A stretch of 64,000 nucleotides of DNA from an uncultured Gemmatimonadaceae bacterium. Its GTDB lineage: Bacteria; Gemmatimonadota; Gemmatimonadetes; Gemmatimonadales; GWC2-71-9. Below the pieces are notes generated by a model. The model was not told the DNA's origin. It did not search any database and saw only the letters and a list, made by a program, of their open reading frames with translations. The position numbers and the translations under genes are program-made. The stretch lies in assembly GCA_964571795.1 (NCBI GenBank), contig CAZNDK010000002.1, positions 47,466-111,465 of the forward strand, read 5' to 3'. Shown here piece by piece: positions 11,084 through 21,660 of this stretch (positions are counted from its first letter, which is position 1; every line of letters starts with the position of its first letter).

Positions 11084-12340
11084 ATGATGCGCCGATTCAC
11101 CCCTCGGATCTCCGGCGGCATTCTTCCCTGGACCGTCGTCGGCTTGCTGCTGCTGGCGGCGTGCCGCGACACCCCTCGCGTGGCGCCCGAGGCGGATACC
11201 GGCCCGCTCGTGACCGACTCGACCGGCGTGCGGGTCGTCAACGACACCGCGCCGAGCTGGGGCACCGCCTCGCCCTGGACCGTCGCGGACGCTCCGACCT
11301 TCGACCTCGGCGACCCGGAGCAGCCGCTGCTCGGGGTGCCGGCCGTGGTTCGGTTGTCGGACGGACGCATCGTCGTCGCCAACGGCTCGACGCAGACCAT
11401 CATGTACTTCGATGCCTCGGGCAAGCTGTTGACGACTGCGGGCGGACGCGGTGTCGATCCGGGTCAGTTCCACGGCATGGGGTGGATCGGCCGCGTGGCC
11501 GCCGATTCGGTGGTGGCCTACGACTTCATCGCGCGCCGCCTCGCCCTCTTCGATCCCAAGGGAAAGTTCGTCCGCACGGCCGACCTGAAGCCGGCCGACC
11601 CGTCTCTTCCGGCCGAGCCCCTCGCCACCTATTCCGACGGGTCCGTCCTCTTCCGCCTCGGGCGGGCGCAGGGCCCCTTTGCCGGCGAGCCAGGGGCGGT
11701 CATCCGCGACTCGGCCAGCTATATGCGCTTTGCGCCGGATGGGTTGCCCGTCGTCGCCGTGGGGCGGTTTCCGCAGAGCGAGTCGTTCGGTGTGCGCGTG
11801 CGCCCGAAGGAGGCGCCTGCCCCGTTCCCGGTCCCCTTCGGACTCATCACGGTCGCGGCGGTCCGGGGCGACACCACCCTCATCGGGACCGGGGCCAGCT
11901 TTGAGATCGCGTCCATCGGGCCGGACGGGACGCCGGTTGGGCTGCTGCGGGCCGCCATTCCCCGCTCCCCGGTGACCCCGCAGGACGCCGAGGAGTTCAC
12001 CGCGGCCGCCATCACGCGGCTCAAGACCGGCACCAAGACGCTGAAGACAACGCTCGACAGCAGCCTGGTGCGGAGCCTGGAGAAGGCCCCGTTCCCCGCC
12101 TTGAAGCCCGCCTTCAGCCGGCTCCTGGTGGACCGGACCGGTGCGCTCTGGGTGTTGATGCCGGGCGCGGGGAATGTCTGGACGGTGTTCGCGCCCGATG
12201 GCACCTGGCTCGGGTCGGTCACGACGCCCGAAGGGCTCCGCGTGGACGAAATCGGCCCCGACTACGTACTCGGCGTGTGGCGCCAGCGGCACGGGCAGGA
12301 GCGAGTGCGTTCCTATCCACTCACCCGGGGCAGCCTCTAG
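11084..12340 (+). CDS. hypothetical lipoprotein (beta-propeller-like repeats)
   Basis: GGAG 4 nt upstream of the ATG. Signal plus lipobox LLLLAAC. Natural-looking composition. No family recognised. Confidence 0.6.
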   Translation: MMRRFTPRISGGILPWTVVGLLLLAACRDTPRVAPEADTGPLVTDSTGVRVVNDTAPSWGTASPWTVADAPTFDLGDPEQPLLGVPAVVRLSDGRIVVANGSTQTIMYFDASGKLLTTAGGRGVDPGQFHGMGWIGRVAADSVVAYDFIARRLALFDPKGKFVRTADLKPADPSLPAEPLATYSDGSVLFRLGRAQGPFAGEPGAVIRDSASYMRFAPDGLPVVAVGRFPQSESFGVRVRPKEAPAPFPVPFGLITVAAVRGDTTLIGTGASFEIASIGPDGTPVGLLRAAIPRSPVTPQDAEEFTAAAITRLKTGTKTLKTTLDSSLVRSLEKAPFPALKPAFSRLLVDRTGALWVLMPGAGNVWTVFAPDGTWLGSVTTPEGLRVDEIGPDYVLGVWRQRHGQERVRSYPLTRGSL

Positions 12341-12341
12341 G

Positions 12342-12512
12342 TCACTCGCGCTTGGACACCAGCTCGAGTCCGGCCGCCACTTCCTCGAGGGCCTTGGCGA
12401 GCACCTTGTAGAACTCGCCATCGGGGGCGGGTGCGCCGCCCAGGGCTGCATCGAGTTGGATCTTCCGGGCGAGGCGCGCGGCGTGGCGGATGTAGTCAGT
12501 GGCTGGGGGCAT
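12342..12512 (-). CDS. small hypothetical protein (56 aa)
   Basis: ATG-started ORF MPPATDYIRHAARLARKIQL...ELVSKRE. About 85 percent G/C at third positions by my count. Helical-looking. No SD sequence. It is the C-terminal tail of the 488-aa track ORF. Confidence 0.4.
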   Translation of the reverse strand: MPPATDYIRHAARLARKIQLDAALGGAPAPDGEFYKVLAKALEEVAAGLELVSKRE

Positions 12513-12551
12513 GGCAGATCTCGGTGAGGGGTCTGGATCGGAGGAGGCCCG

Positions 12552-13775
12552 ATGATGCAGGTGCCTGTCTCGTTCACGGTGTATCCGGGCGACTGCGACA
12601 CCTTCGGCCACCTCAACCAGGCGGCCTTCCTCGTGCTGTTCGAGCGCGCCCGCTGGCAGCTCCTGGCCGAGGGGCCGGGGATGGACCTCTTCGCGCGTGA
12701 AGGCGTCTGGCCCGCCGTGCGCCGCGCGGTCATCGAGTACCTGGCCCCGGCGTTCGCAGGGCAGGAACTGCGCTTTCAGCAAGCCGTGACCCGCCTGGGC
12801 CGCACCAGCTTCACGATCCGCCAGGTGGCACGGCGCGCGTCGGACGACACGCTGGTGTCCACCCTGGAGTCGGTGTTCGTGTGCATCGATCGCACCGGCG
12901 CGCCCGTGGTGGTGCCCGAGGCGGTGGCGGGGTGGCTGCTTCCCCCGGCGCCGCCGATCGCGGCCCCGCAGCGTCGGGTCGCGGTCCACGGCGTCGAGCT
13001 CGCGCTCGACGACCGCGGGAGCGGCCCCGCCCTCCTCTTCGTGCACGGCTACCCCTTCGACGGCACCCTGTGGCGACATCAGGCCGGCGCCTTCCCCGGC
13101 TGGCGCACCCTGATTCCCGACCTGCGCGGACTCGGCCGTTCCGACGCGCCCGACCTGGGCTACAGCATGGCCACCTACGCGGACGATCTCGCGGGGTTGC
13201 TCGACGCGATCGGGGTGGACGAAGTGGTGCTGGCCGGCCTCTCCATGGGCGGCTACGTCGCCTTCGAATTTCTGCGGCGCCACCGGCCGCGGGTGCGCGG
13301 ACTGGTGCTGGCCGACACACGGGCCCAGGCGGACAGCGCGGAGGGACGGAAGGGCCGCGAGGCCGCGATGGCTGCCGCGCGCGAGGGGGGTGCACCGCTG
13401 ATCGCCGACCAGATGCTGCCCCGGCTCCTGGGGCCGACGGCCCCCGAGTCGCTGCGCGACTCGGTGCGGGCGATGATGACCGCGGCTCCCGTCGCGGGGA
13501 TCCTCGGCGCGCTCGCCGCCATGCGCGACCGGCCGGACTCGAGCGCCCTGCTGCCCTCCCTCGCCGGGCTGCCCACCCTCGTGGTGGTCGGGGCCGACGA
13601 CCAGTTGACGCCACCCAAGGACGCCGAGGCCATCGCGAAGGCGATTCCAGGTGCCCGGCTGGCCGTGATTCCGCACGCCGGGCATATGGCGCCACTGGAA
13701 CAGCCGGAGGCCTTCAACGAGCACCTGCGGGCCCTGCTCGCGCGGCTCGGGCCGGTCCCCACCGCGACCGGGTGA
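12552..13775 (+). CDS. hotdog-fold acyl-CoA thioesterase fused to an alpha/beta hydrolase
   Basis: SD GGAGGAG. N-terminal YPGDCDTFGHLNQAAF (4HBT/YbgC type). C-terminal domain has HGYPFDG, nucleophile elbow GLSMGG and PHAGHMAPLEQPEAF. Confidence 0.8.
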   Translation: MMQVPVSFTVYPGDCDTFGHLNQAAFLVLFERARWQLLAEGPGMDLFAREGVWPAVRRAVIEYLAPAFAGQELRFQQAVTRLGRTSFTIRQVARRASDDTLVSTLESVFVCIDRTGAPVVVPEAVAGWLLPPAPPIAAPQRRVAVHGVELALDDRGSGPALLFVHGYPFDGTLWRHQAGAFPGWRTLIPDLRGLGRSDAPDLGYSMATYADDLAGLLDAIGVDEVVLAGLSMGGYVAFEFLRRHRPRVRGLVLADTRAQADSAEGRKGREAAMAAAREGGAPLIADQMLPRLLGPTAPESLRDSVRAMMTAAPVAGILGALAAMRDRPDSSALLPSLAGLPTLVVVGADDQLTPPKDAEAIAKAIPGARLAVIPHAGHMAPLEQPEAFNEHLRALLARLGPVPTATG

Positions 13776-14012
13776 AACCTTTTGCCGGGCTCGGGCGTCT
13801 AATTCCATGAGGCGCCGGTTCGGTTGGTCTCACTCCGGCCTCCGACGCTTCGAACAATCCTTCCTACCCTACGGCTCCGGGACCGCGGCCAGGCAGTACG
13901 GTTCCGGGGCCGCCTCGCGTCTGCCACCCAGCCATATCTTCGCGGGCCCCATCTACCCACTTGCCCCGCAGTCGGGTGCGGGGTGAACCTTGGGACCGTC
14001 GCCGCGCACCGG

Positions 14013-14047
14013 AAGCAAAGCGGCGCGACCCCGAAGGGCCGCGCCGC
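14013..14047 (-). terminator. intrinsic terminator of fdxA
   Basis: On the minus strand: GCGGCGCGGCCCTTCGGGGTCGCGCCGC hairpin followed by TTTGCTT, 25 nt downstream of the fdxA stop. Confidence 0.6.
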
Positions 14048-14071
14048 ACCAACGCCCCCGGGGCGGGCGGA

Positions 14072-14335
14072 TCAGCGTTCGGGCCGGCCCGGCGGGGTGT
14101 CGCTCTCGAACACCTCCTTGTTCTTCTCGATGAACGAGGCGTACTGCGGCGGGACATCCTCTTCGGGGAAGATGGCGGTCACCGGGCACTCCGGTTCGCA
14201 GGCGCCACAGTCAATGCACTCATCCGCATTGATGTAGAGCTGGTCTTCGCCTTCGTAGATGCAGTCCACCGGGCAGACGTCCACGCATGCCCGATCCTTG
14301 ACGCCGATGCAGGGTTCCGTGATCACGTACGTCAT
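14072..14335 (-). CDS. fdxA: 7Fe-type ferredoxin
   Basis: 87 aa from MTYVITEPC. Cys clusters [14 protein letters not shown] and [12 protein letters not shown]. Confidence 0.9.
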   Translation of the reverse strand: MTYVITEPCIGVKDRACVDVCPVDCIYEGEDQLYINADECIDCGACEPECPVTAIFPEEDVPPQYASFIEKNKEVFESDTPPGRPER

Positions 14336-14378
14336 CGTACCAGCCGCTCCCTCGGGAAGAAGCCCAGCCGCACAGGGG

Positions 14379-16499
14379 ATGCGACGGGTCCTGCGGCAAG
14401 TATTGCGGACTCCCTTCCTGCCGCGCAAGGGGTGCCTCGCCGCCGCGTTCGCGGCCGTGGTGCTCACGGCGCCGTTGGCGGCGCAGGTGCCCGCCTGCTC
14501 CACGGGGCGCACCGCACTGGTCCTCTCCGGCGGCGGCGCCAAGGGCCTCGCGCATCTCGGGGTGATTGCCGCACTCGACAGCCTCGGCGTGCGCCCGGAT
14601 TACGTGGTCGGCACGAGCATGGGGGCCATCATCGGGGCGCTCTACGCCGGCGGCATGACCGCGCGCGAGGCCGATTCGCTCGCCGCGCTCTTCAGCCCGA
14701 CCGACCTGTTCACCTCGACCTCACCCGAGGGGCCGCTTGCCTGGGAGCCCTTCACGCCGCTCCTGGTGTGGGCCAAGGGAGAGCACGGGTTCTCCCTGCA
14801 GAGCCCGGCGGTGCGCGAGGCCGACGCCAACGCGCGGCTCTCCGCGCTCCTGCTCCGCTCCAACCTGCTCGCGCGCGGCGACTTCGACCGGATGCCGATC
14901 CCGTTCCGTGCCGTCGCCACCGACCTCGTCACGCGGGACACCGTGGTTCTCGCGTCGGGCGACCTCGCGCAGGCGGTCCGCGCCAGCATGGCGGTGCCAC
15001 TCCTCTTCCCGCCGGAAGTCATCGACGGGAGGATGCTCATCGACGGCGGGCTTTCGGCCAATGTGCCGGTGGCGATCGCGCGGGGGCTGCCGGGCGTCAC
15101 GCGGGTGATCGTGTCCGACGTGACCTCCTCGCTGCTGACCCAGGAAGAGCTCCAGTCCGGCGCGCTCGCGGTGGCGGATCAACTGGCGAACTTCCTCTTC
15201 GTGCAACCCGCCGCGGTGCCCGGGCCGGACGATGTGTCCATCCGCGTGGACCTGAAGGAATTCGGGAACCTCGATTTCACCCCCGAAACAACCGATTCCA
15301 TCATGCGGCGCGGCCGCATGCGCGCGGATAGCGCGCTGGCCTCGGCGACCTGCCTGCCGAGGGGCACCGTGCCGTCCGGGGATCTTTCCCTGCGGATGTC
15401 GACCTTTACGCTCAGTGGGGGCGCTCCGACCGACGCCGAGGTGCTGCAGCGATTCCTCGGACTGCACACTGGCCAGCCGCTGGACCTGCCGCTCCTTGCC
15501 ACGCAGATCGACGCCGTATCGCAGCTCGGGGCCTACACCTCGCTCTGGCTGCATCCGACCCCGGACGGCGAGCGGGTGGCGTTTCGGGCAGCGGTCCATC
15601 CGGCCCCCTCCAAGCTCGCGGGCGTCACCCTGGCCTACGACCGGGACCTCGGCGGTCGCCTCGGGTTGATGTACCTCGACCGCCGACTCTTCGGGCGTGC
15701 ACTCGAGGGGAGCCTTACGGTCGGGGTGGGGACCTTGCAGAACGATGCCACCGCGGGACTGCGGCGCTATTTCGGCGGCGGGCGCTCGTGGCTCGCGCCG
15801 ACACTCACGCTCCACGTCGAGAACGAGACGATCCTGCTTTACGATGCCGATGGCAGTAACGTCGGCCGCACGGATACGCGCGAGGGCGTCGTGTTCGCGG
15901 GGCTCGAGGAGGGCGTGCGCGCGGGGTGGGTGGTCGCGGCCGGATTCGACGGCCGGTCGTGGCGCGACGACGGCTCCGCCGCCGTCGGCGGGGATTCCGG
16001 TTCCGACGGCTCGAGCGCCGGGGTGCGGGTGGCCGCCTACCGCCCGCGGGGCGCATGGCAGGCGCACGCCGAGGTCGTCTGGTCCAACTCCTTCCGTCGG
16101 GCCGGGCTCGCGTCCTCGTACCTTTTTCATCTCGGGAAGCTGGGGATCACGCCGATGGTGCGCCTCGGGTGGGGCGAGGACCTCCCGTTGCAGGAGCAGT
16201 TTCCGCTGGGGGGCTCGCTCGGGTTTCCCGGGCTGGCCACCGAACAATTGCGCGGCGAGCGGGAGGTCTTCGCAGGGCTGGGCGCGTCGCACCCGATTCG
16301 GGGGCCGTTGCGGTGGGAAATCCTGGTGGCGGCGGGACGGAGTGCCGACGGCGGGGAGTTGTTCGCCGATACCGACTGGGTTGGCGGTGTCCGGGGCGGG
16401 CTCGCCATCGACACGCCGATCGGCGACGTGCAGGCGGCCTACGGGATTACCACCACCGGCATCGACAACGTCTACGTGCGACTGGGGCGGTGGTTCTAG
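14379..16499 (+). CDS. patatin-like phospholipase with C-terminal Omp85-like beta-barrel (PlpD/type Vd-like)
   Basis: [18 protein letters not shown] (GxSxG), catalytic DGG (LIDGGLSAN). The C-terminal half has an alternating beta-strand pattern ending in RLGRWF. ATG at 14379 gives a signal-like N-terminus. Confidence 0.85.
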   Translation: MRRVLRQVLRTPFLPRKGCLAAAFAAVVLTAPLAAQVPACSTGRTALVLSGGGAKGLAHLGVIAALDSLGVRPDYVVGTSMGAIIGALYAGGMTAREADSLAALFSPTDLFTSTSPEGPLAWEPFTPLLVWAKGEHGFSLQSPAVREADANARLSALLLRSNLLARGDFDRMPIPFRAVATDLVTRDTVVLASGDLAQAVRASMAVPLLFPPEVIDGRMLIDGGLSANVPVAIARGLPGVTRVIVSDVTSSLLTQEELQSGALAVADQLANFLFVQPAAVPGPDDVSIRVDLKEFGNLDFTPETTDSIMRRGRMRADSALASATCLPRGTVPSGDLSLRMSTFTLSGGAPTDAEVLQRFLGLHTGQPLDLPLLATQIDAVSQLGAYTSLWLHPTPDGERVAFRAAVHPAPSKLAGVTLAYDRDLGGRLGLMYLDRRLFGRALEGSLTVGVGTLQNDATAGLRRYFGGGRSWLAPTLTLHVENETILLYDADGSNVGRTDTREGVVFAGLEEGVRAGWVVAAGFDGRSWRDDGSAAVGGDSGSDGSSAGVRVAAYRPRGAWQAHAEVVWSNSFRRAGLASSYLFHLGKLGITPMVRLGWGEDLPLQEQFPLGGSLGFPGLATEQLRGEREVFAGLGASHPIRGPLRWEILVAAGRSADGGELFADTDWVGGVRGGLAIDTPIGDVQAAYGITTTGIDNVYVRLGRWF

Positions 16500-16505
16500 C
16501 GCCGG

Positions 16506-17078
16506 TCAGATGAGCCCGGTGAGCGGCGTGGCGTAGTGGGCGTGCCGGGGCTCGGGCTCGCCGTAGCGGCCCGCCGCCGAGTGCAGACGGTTCCACTCCT
16601 CCCGCAGGCAGAACGGATCGAGCCCGTGCGGCCGGTCCACCGCCAGCACGCCGTCCAGATGGTCGATTTCGTGCTGCAGCAATTCCGCGCGGTCCCCTTC
16701 CAGCTCGATGTCGTGCTCCTCCCCCTTGATGTCCTGGTAGTGCACCCGGATCCGGTAGGCCCGGGACACCTGCACCATCAGGTTGGGGAACGAGAAGCAA
16801 TCGTCCCAGACGGTGAAGTCGTCGGTGCCGATGTCCACGATTTCCGGATTGATCAGCGGCCACGGCTTGTCCATTTCGACGTAGATCATCCGGACCGGCG
16901 CCCCGATCTGGGGCGCGGCAATCGCGCGGCCGCTCCCGAACCGCGACTGCCAGTCGCGCAGCGTTTCCCGCATGTCGTCGAGGATGACGCGGACGGCGGT
17001 GGAGCGCGGCTTCGTGATGGGCTCGCAGCGGGCGCGGAGAATCGGGTCGCCGAGGAGTCGGATGCGGTGGATGGTCAT
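16506..17078 (-). CDS. def: peptide deformylase
   Basis: GRAIAAPQIG, DDCFSFP (EGCLS variant), HEIDHLDG. ATG at 17078 (MTIHRIRLLGDPIL); the track ORF starts at an upstream TTG. Confidence 0.9.
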   Translation of the reverse strand: MTIHRIRLLGDPILRARCEPITKPRSTAVRVILDDMRETLRDWQSRFGSGRAIAAPQIGAPVRMIYVEMDKPWPLINPEIVDIGTDDFTVWDDCFSFPNLMVQVSRAYRIRVHYQDIKGEEHDIELEGDRAELLQHEIDHLDGVLAVDRPHGLDPFCLREEWNRLHSAAGRYGEPEPRHAHYATPLTGLI

Positions 17079-17127
17079 GACGCAATCTTGCATTCGAAGC
17101 GTGGTATGACAAGAGTCGGCCAATCTG

Positions 17128-17155
17128 CCAAGAGGTAGTAGTACCAGCTACCTAT
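17128..17155 (-). promoter_or_regulatory. conserved 28-nt motif upstream of def (copy 1 of 2)
   Basis: ccaagaggtagtagtaccagctacctat matches 61919-61946 upstream of copZ at 23/28 positions, in the same orientation relative to the gene. Confidence 0.5.
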
Positions 17156-17363
17156 ATTGTGTTACGCATTGTATTGCAATGACTTGCTGACGCATAACGC
17201 CAACCTGATCACCCGGGACCGCGCTCTCGCGCAAGACCAACATCCTCTCGTCTCGACCAGGTCGGACCTGGCGCCAGCAGATCTGGAATTGGCGCCATAC
17301 CGGATCCGGTAATGACTTGTGGCCAAGCGGTTTATGAATTCGCGCCAATAATGCCACGCGAAC

Positions 17364-17392
17364 TTGACAATCCCGACTTCCAGGCCTACGAT
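17364..17392 (+). promoter_or_regulatory. putative sigma70-like promoter of sufR (TTGACA-17-TACGAT)
   Basis: TTGACA at 17364-17369, a 17-nt spacer, then TACGAT at 17387-17392. The ATG at 17402 lies 9 nt after the -10 element, suggesting a leaderless or very short leader. Confidence 0.3.
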
Positions 17393-17401
17393 TCTCTTAT
17401 C

Positions 17402-18126
17402 ATGGCGATGCCGATTGCCCACCTCCGTGCCTCCGCCGCCCTTCCGGTCGGCTACAAGGGTCCACGAGCCTCGATCCTCGTGGAGCTCAAGTTCGTTCCT
17501 GGGTTGACGGCCAAGGAACTTGCGGCCCGCCTCGGACTATCACTCAACGCGATCCGGCATCACCTCAAGGAACTCGAACTCGACGGCCTGCTGGCGTACG
17601 AGCGGGAGCAGCGCGGCGTCGGCGCTCCGGTGTTCGCCTACCGCCTTTCGCCGGCGGGCGAGCAGGTCTTTCCGCGCCGCTACGAGGCGACGCTGACCGA
17701 GGTGCTCGAGGCGCTGGTGGAGCGCGAGGGTCGTGAAGCGGTCGTCGGCGCGCTGGAGGCGCGGTACGCCGCCTTCCTCCACCGGCTCCCGGCCGACCTC
17801 GTCCAGCTCCCGGCCGAGCGGCGGCTGGACGCGGTGACCCGGCTCCTCCAGGAGGAGGGGTTCATGCCGGGGTGGGAAGGGTCGGCGGAAGGGGGGACGC
17901 TCACCGAGCACAACTGCGCCATCCGCGCCGTGGCCGAGCGCTTCCCGGAAATCTGCGCGGCCGAGGAGCGGTTCCTGAGCGCCGCCCTCGGGGCCTCCGT
18001 GGACCTCCGGGCCCACGTGCTCGACGGGTGCGCCGCCTGCGAATATCAGGTGCAGTTCACGCCACCGCTCCCGATCGGGATCGGGCGGCCGTCAGGGGGC
18101 CCCGAGCGGGTCCCGGGAGTCAACGC

Positions 18127-18130
<4 letters not shown>
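17402..18130 (+). CDS. sufR: SufR-like transcriptional regulator (ArsR-type wHTH plus Cys-containing C-terminal domain)
   Basis: w[29 protein letters not shown]-terminal cysteines HNC...EIC...DGCAAC. Stop overlaps the sufB start (ATGA). Alternative starts exist back to 17312. Confidence 0.65.
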
Positions 18131-19563
<1,433 letters not shown>

Positions 19564-19576
19564 GGAGAACACGCAC

Positions 19577-20335
19577 GTGCTTGAAATCAGAGACCTGACC
19601 GCCACCGCCGGCGGCACCGAAATCCTTCGCGGCATCAGCCTGACCGTCAACGCGGGCGAGGTGCACGCCATCATGGGCCCGAACGGCAGCGGCAAGAGCA
19701 CGCTGGCCCAGGTGCTCGCCGGCCACCCGGCCTACGAGGTCACCGGCGGCTCGGTCACGTACAGGGGGCAGGACCTCCTGGAGCTGGAGCCCGAGGAGCG
19801 CGCGCAGGCCGGCGTCTTCCTGGCGTTCCAGTACCCGGTCGAAATCCCGGGCGTCACCAACGCCTACTTCCTGCGGGCCGCCTACAACGCCAAGCGCAAG
19901 GCGCAGGGACTCGAGGAGCTCGACCCGATGGACTTCCTCGACCTGCTCGAGGACAAGCTGAAGCTGGTGGAGTGGGGCCCCGAGATCATGAGCCGCGCGG
20001 TCAATTCCGGCTTCTCCGGCGGCGAAAAGAAGCGGAACGAGATCCTCCAGATGGCGGTGCTCGAGCCGACGCTCGCCATCCTCGACGAGACCGACTCCGG
20101 CCTCGACATCGACGCGCTCAAGATCGTGGCCCACGGAGTCAACGCGCTCCGCCGCCCCGACAGCGCCACCATCGTGGTGACCCACTACCAGCGGCTTCTC
20201 GACCACATCGTGCCCGACTTCGTGCACGTCCTCGCCGGCGGCCGGATCGTGCGGTCGGGCGGCAAGGAACTGGCGCACGAGCTCGAGGCCCGCGGGTACG
20301 AATGGCTGACCGAGGCGGCGGGAGCCCCGGCGTGA
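19577..20335 (+). CDS. sufC: Fe-S cluster assembly ATPase SufC
   Basis: AAGGAGAA SD, GTG start. Walker A GPNGSGKST, signature FSGGEKKR, Walker B LAILDETDSGLD. Confidence 0.95.
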   Translation: MLEIRDLTATAGGTEILRGISLTVNAGEVHAIMGPNGSGKSTLAQVLAGHPAYEVTGGSVTYRGQDLLELEPEERAQAGVFLAFQYPVEIPGVTNAYFLRAAYNAKRKAQGLEELDPMDFLDLLEDKLKLVEWGPEIMSRAVNSGFSGGEKKRNEILQMAVLEPTLAILDETDSGLDIDALKIVAHGVNALRRPDSATIVVTHYQRLLDHIVPDFVHVLAGGRIVRSGGKELAHELEARGYEWLTEAAGAPA

Positions 20336-21660
20336 CCGCCACGACCTCCCGTCCCGTCGTGACCCGCAGCGCGGAACCGGCCTGGCTGGCCGAGCTCCGC
20401 CGGGCGGGCGCCGCGCGCTTCGAGGCGCTCCGCCTGCCTACACCCCGGGACGAGGACTGGCGCTTCACCGACCTCTCGCCGATCGCCAAGGCCGCGCTCG
20501 GGCCGGCGCGTGCCGCCGGTGCCCTCACGGCCGACGACCTCGCCCCGTTCCTCTTCGGCCACGCCGAATGGCCGCGGCTGGTGTTCGCCAACGGCCGCTT
20601 CCAGCCGTCGCTCTCCCGCGTGACCGGCCTGCCGGCCGGCGCGCGGCTCGGCCCGCTGGCCGGGTTGCTTGCCGATGCGCCGGAACTTGTGGAAGGCACC
20701 CTGGGCCGCCTGGCGGTCCAGCCCGCGGCCGCCGCGCTGGTGGGGCAGAACGCCGCGGCCTTTGCCGACGGCTACGCGCTGGTGTTGCCGGCGGGCGCCG
20801 TCGTCGACACGCCGATTCACGTCCTCTTTGTGACCGACGGCCGCACCGCGTCGGGCGCCACTCACTCGCGCAACGTGGTGGTCCTCGGTGCCAACGCGTC
20901 GGCCTCGGTGGTAGAGAGCTTCGTGGCGCTGGCCGACGGCGTGGCACTCACCAACACCGTCACCGAGGCGAACCTGGCCGCCGGGGCCCGGTTCGACCAC
21001 TGCAAGGTGCAGCGGGAGAGCGCTGAGGCCTTCCACCTGGCCACCCTCGAGGTGCGCCAGGAGCGGGACAGCTACCTCAACTCGTTCTCCTTTGCGGTGG
21101 GCGCGGCGCTTTCGCGCACCAACATCTACACCACCCTCGCGGGCCCCGGCGCGCATGCCACGCTGTATGGCCTGTACCTCGGCAATGGCCGGCAGCACGT
21201 GGACCATCAAACCCGGATCGAGCACGCCGCCCCCAACTGCACGAGCTGGGAGGTGTACAAGGGCATCCTCGACGGGCATGCCCACGGCGTGTTCAACGGC
21301 AAGGTGTACGTCCACCCGGTGGCGCAGAAGACCGACGGCAAGCAGACCAACAAGAACCTGCTGCTTTCCGCCACGGCCAAGGTGGACACCAAGCCGCAGC
21401 TGGAAATCTTCGCCGACGACGTGAAGTGCACCCACGGCGCCACGGTGGGCAGCCTCGACGCCGTGCCGCTGTTCTATTGCCGGAGCCGCGGGATCCCCGA
21501 GGCCGAGGCGCGCACGCTGCTGACCTACGCCTTCGCCGCGGACGTGCTCGAGGAAATCCGGAGCCGCCCGGTGGTGGATCACCTGGAGGACCTGATGCGG
21601 GCGTGGTTGCTGGCGGCGGGGCGGCGGGTCAGCGGGTCAGCCGAGAAGGCATCGAGTTGA
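20332..21660 (+). CDS. sufD: Fe-S cluster assembly protein SufD
   Basis: GTG at 20332 overlaps the sufC stop (GTGA). C-terminal SufB/D beta-helix region (FNGKVYVHPVAQKTDGKQTNKNLLLS, PQLEIFADDVKCTHGATVG). Confidence 0.9.
   Translation: MTATTSRPVVTRSAEPAWLAELRRAGAARFEALRLPTPRDEDWRFTDLSPIAKAALGPARAAGALTADDLAPFLFGHAEWPRLVFANGRFQPSLSRVTGLPAGARLGPLAGLLADAPELVEGTLGRLAVQPAAAALVGQNAAAFADGYALVLPAGAVVDTPIHVLFVTDGRTASGATHSRNVVVLGANASASVVESFVALADGVALTNTVTEANLAAGARFDHCKVQRESAEAFHLATLEVRQERDSYLNSFSFAVGAALSRTNIYTTLAGPGAHATLYGLYLGNGRQHVDHQTRIEHAAPNCTSWEVYKGILDGHAHGVFNGKVYVHPVAQKTDGKQTNKNLLLSATAKVDTKPQLEIFADDVKCTHGATVGSLDAVPLFYCRSRGIPEAEARTLLTYAFAADVLEEIRSRPVVDHLEDLMRAWLLAAGRRVSGSAEKASS

Noticed and set aside
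13807-13989. 59-codon ATG ORF (MRRRFGWSHSGLRRFEQSFLPYGSG...) in the 296-bp convergent spacer between the hydrolase fusion gene and fdxA
   Set aside because: It has no SD sequence, a low-complexity product, and a GC3 of about 78 percent by my count, which is only moderately raised for this genome. No family was recognised. The evidence is insufficient to call a gene. The spacer otherwise contains the fdxA terminator.
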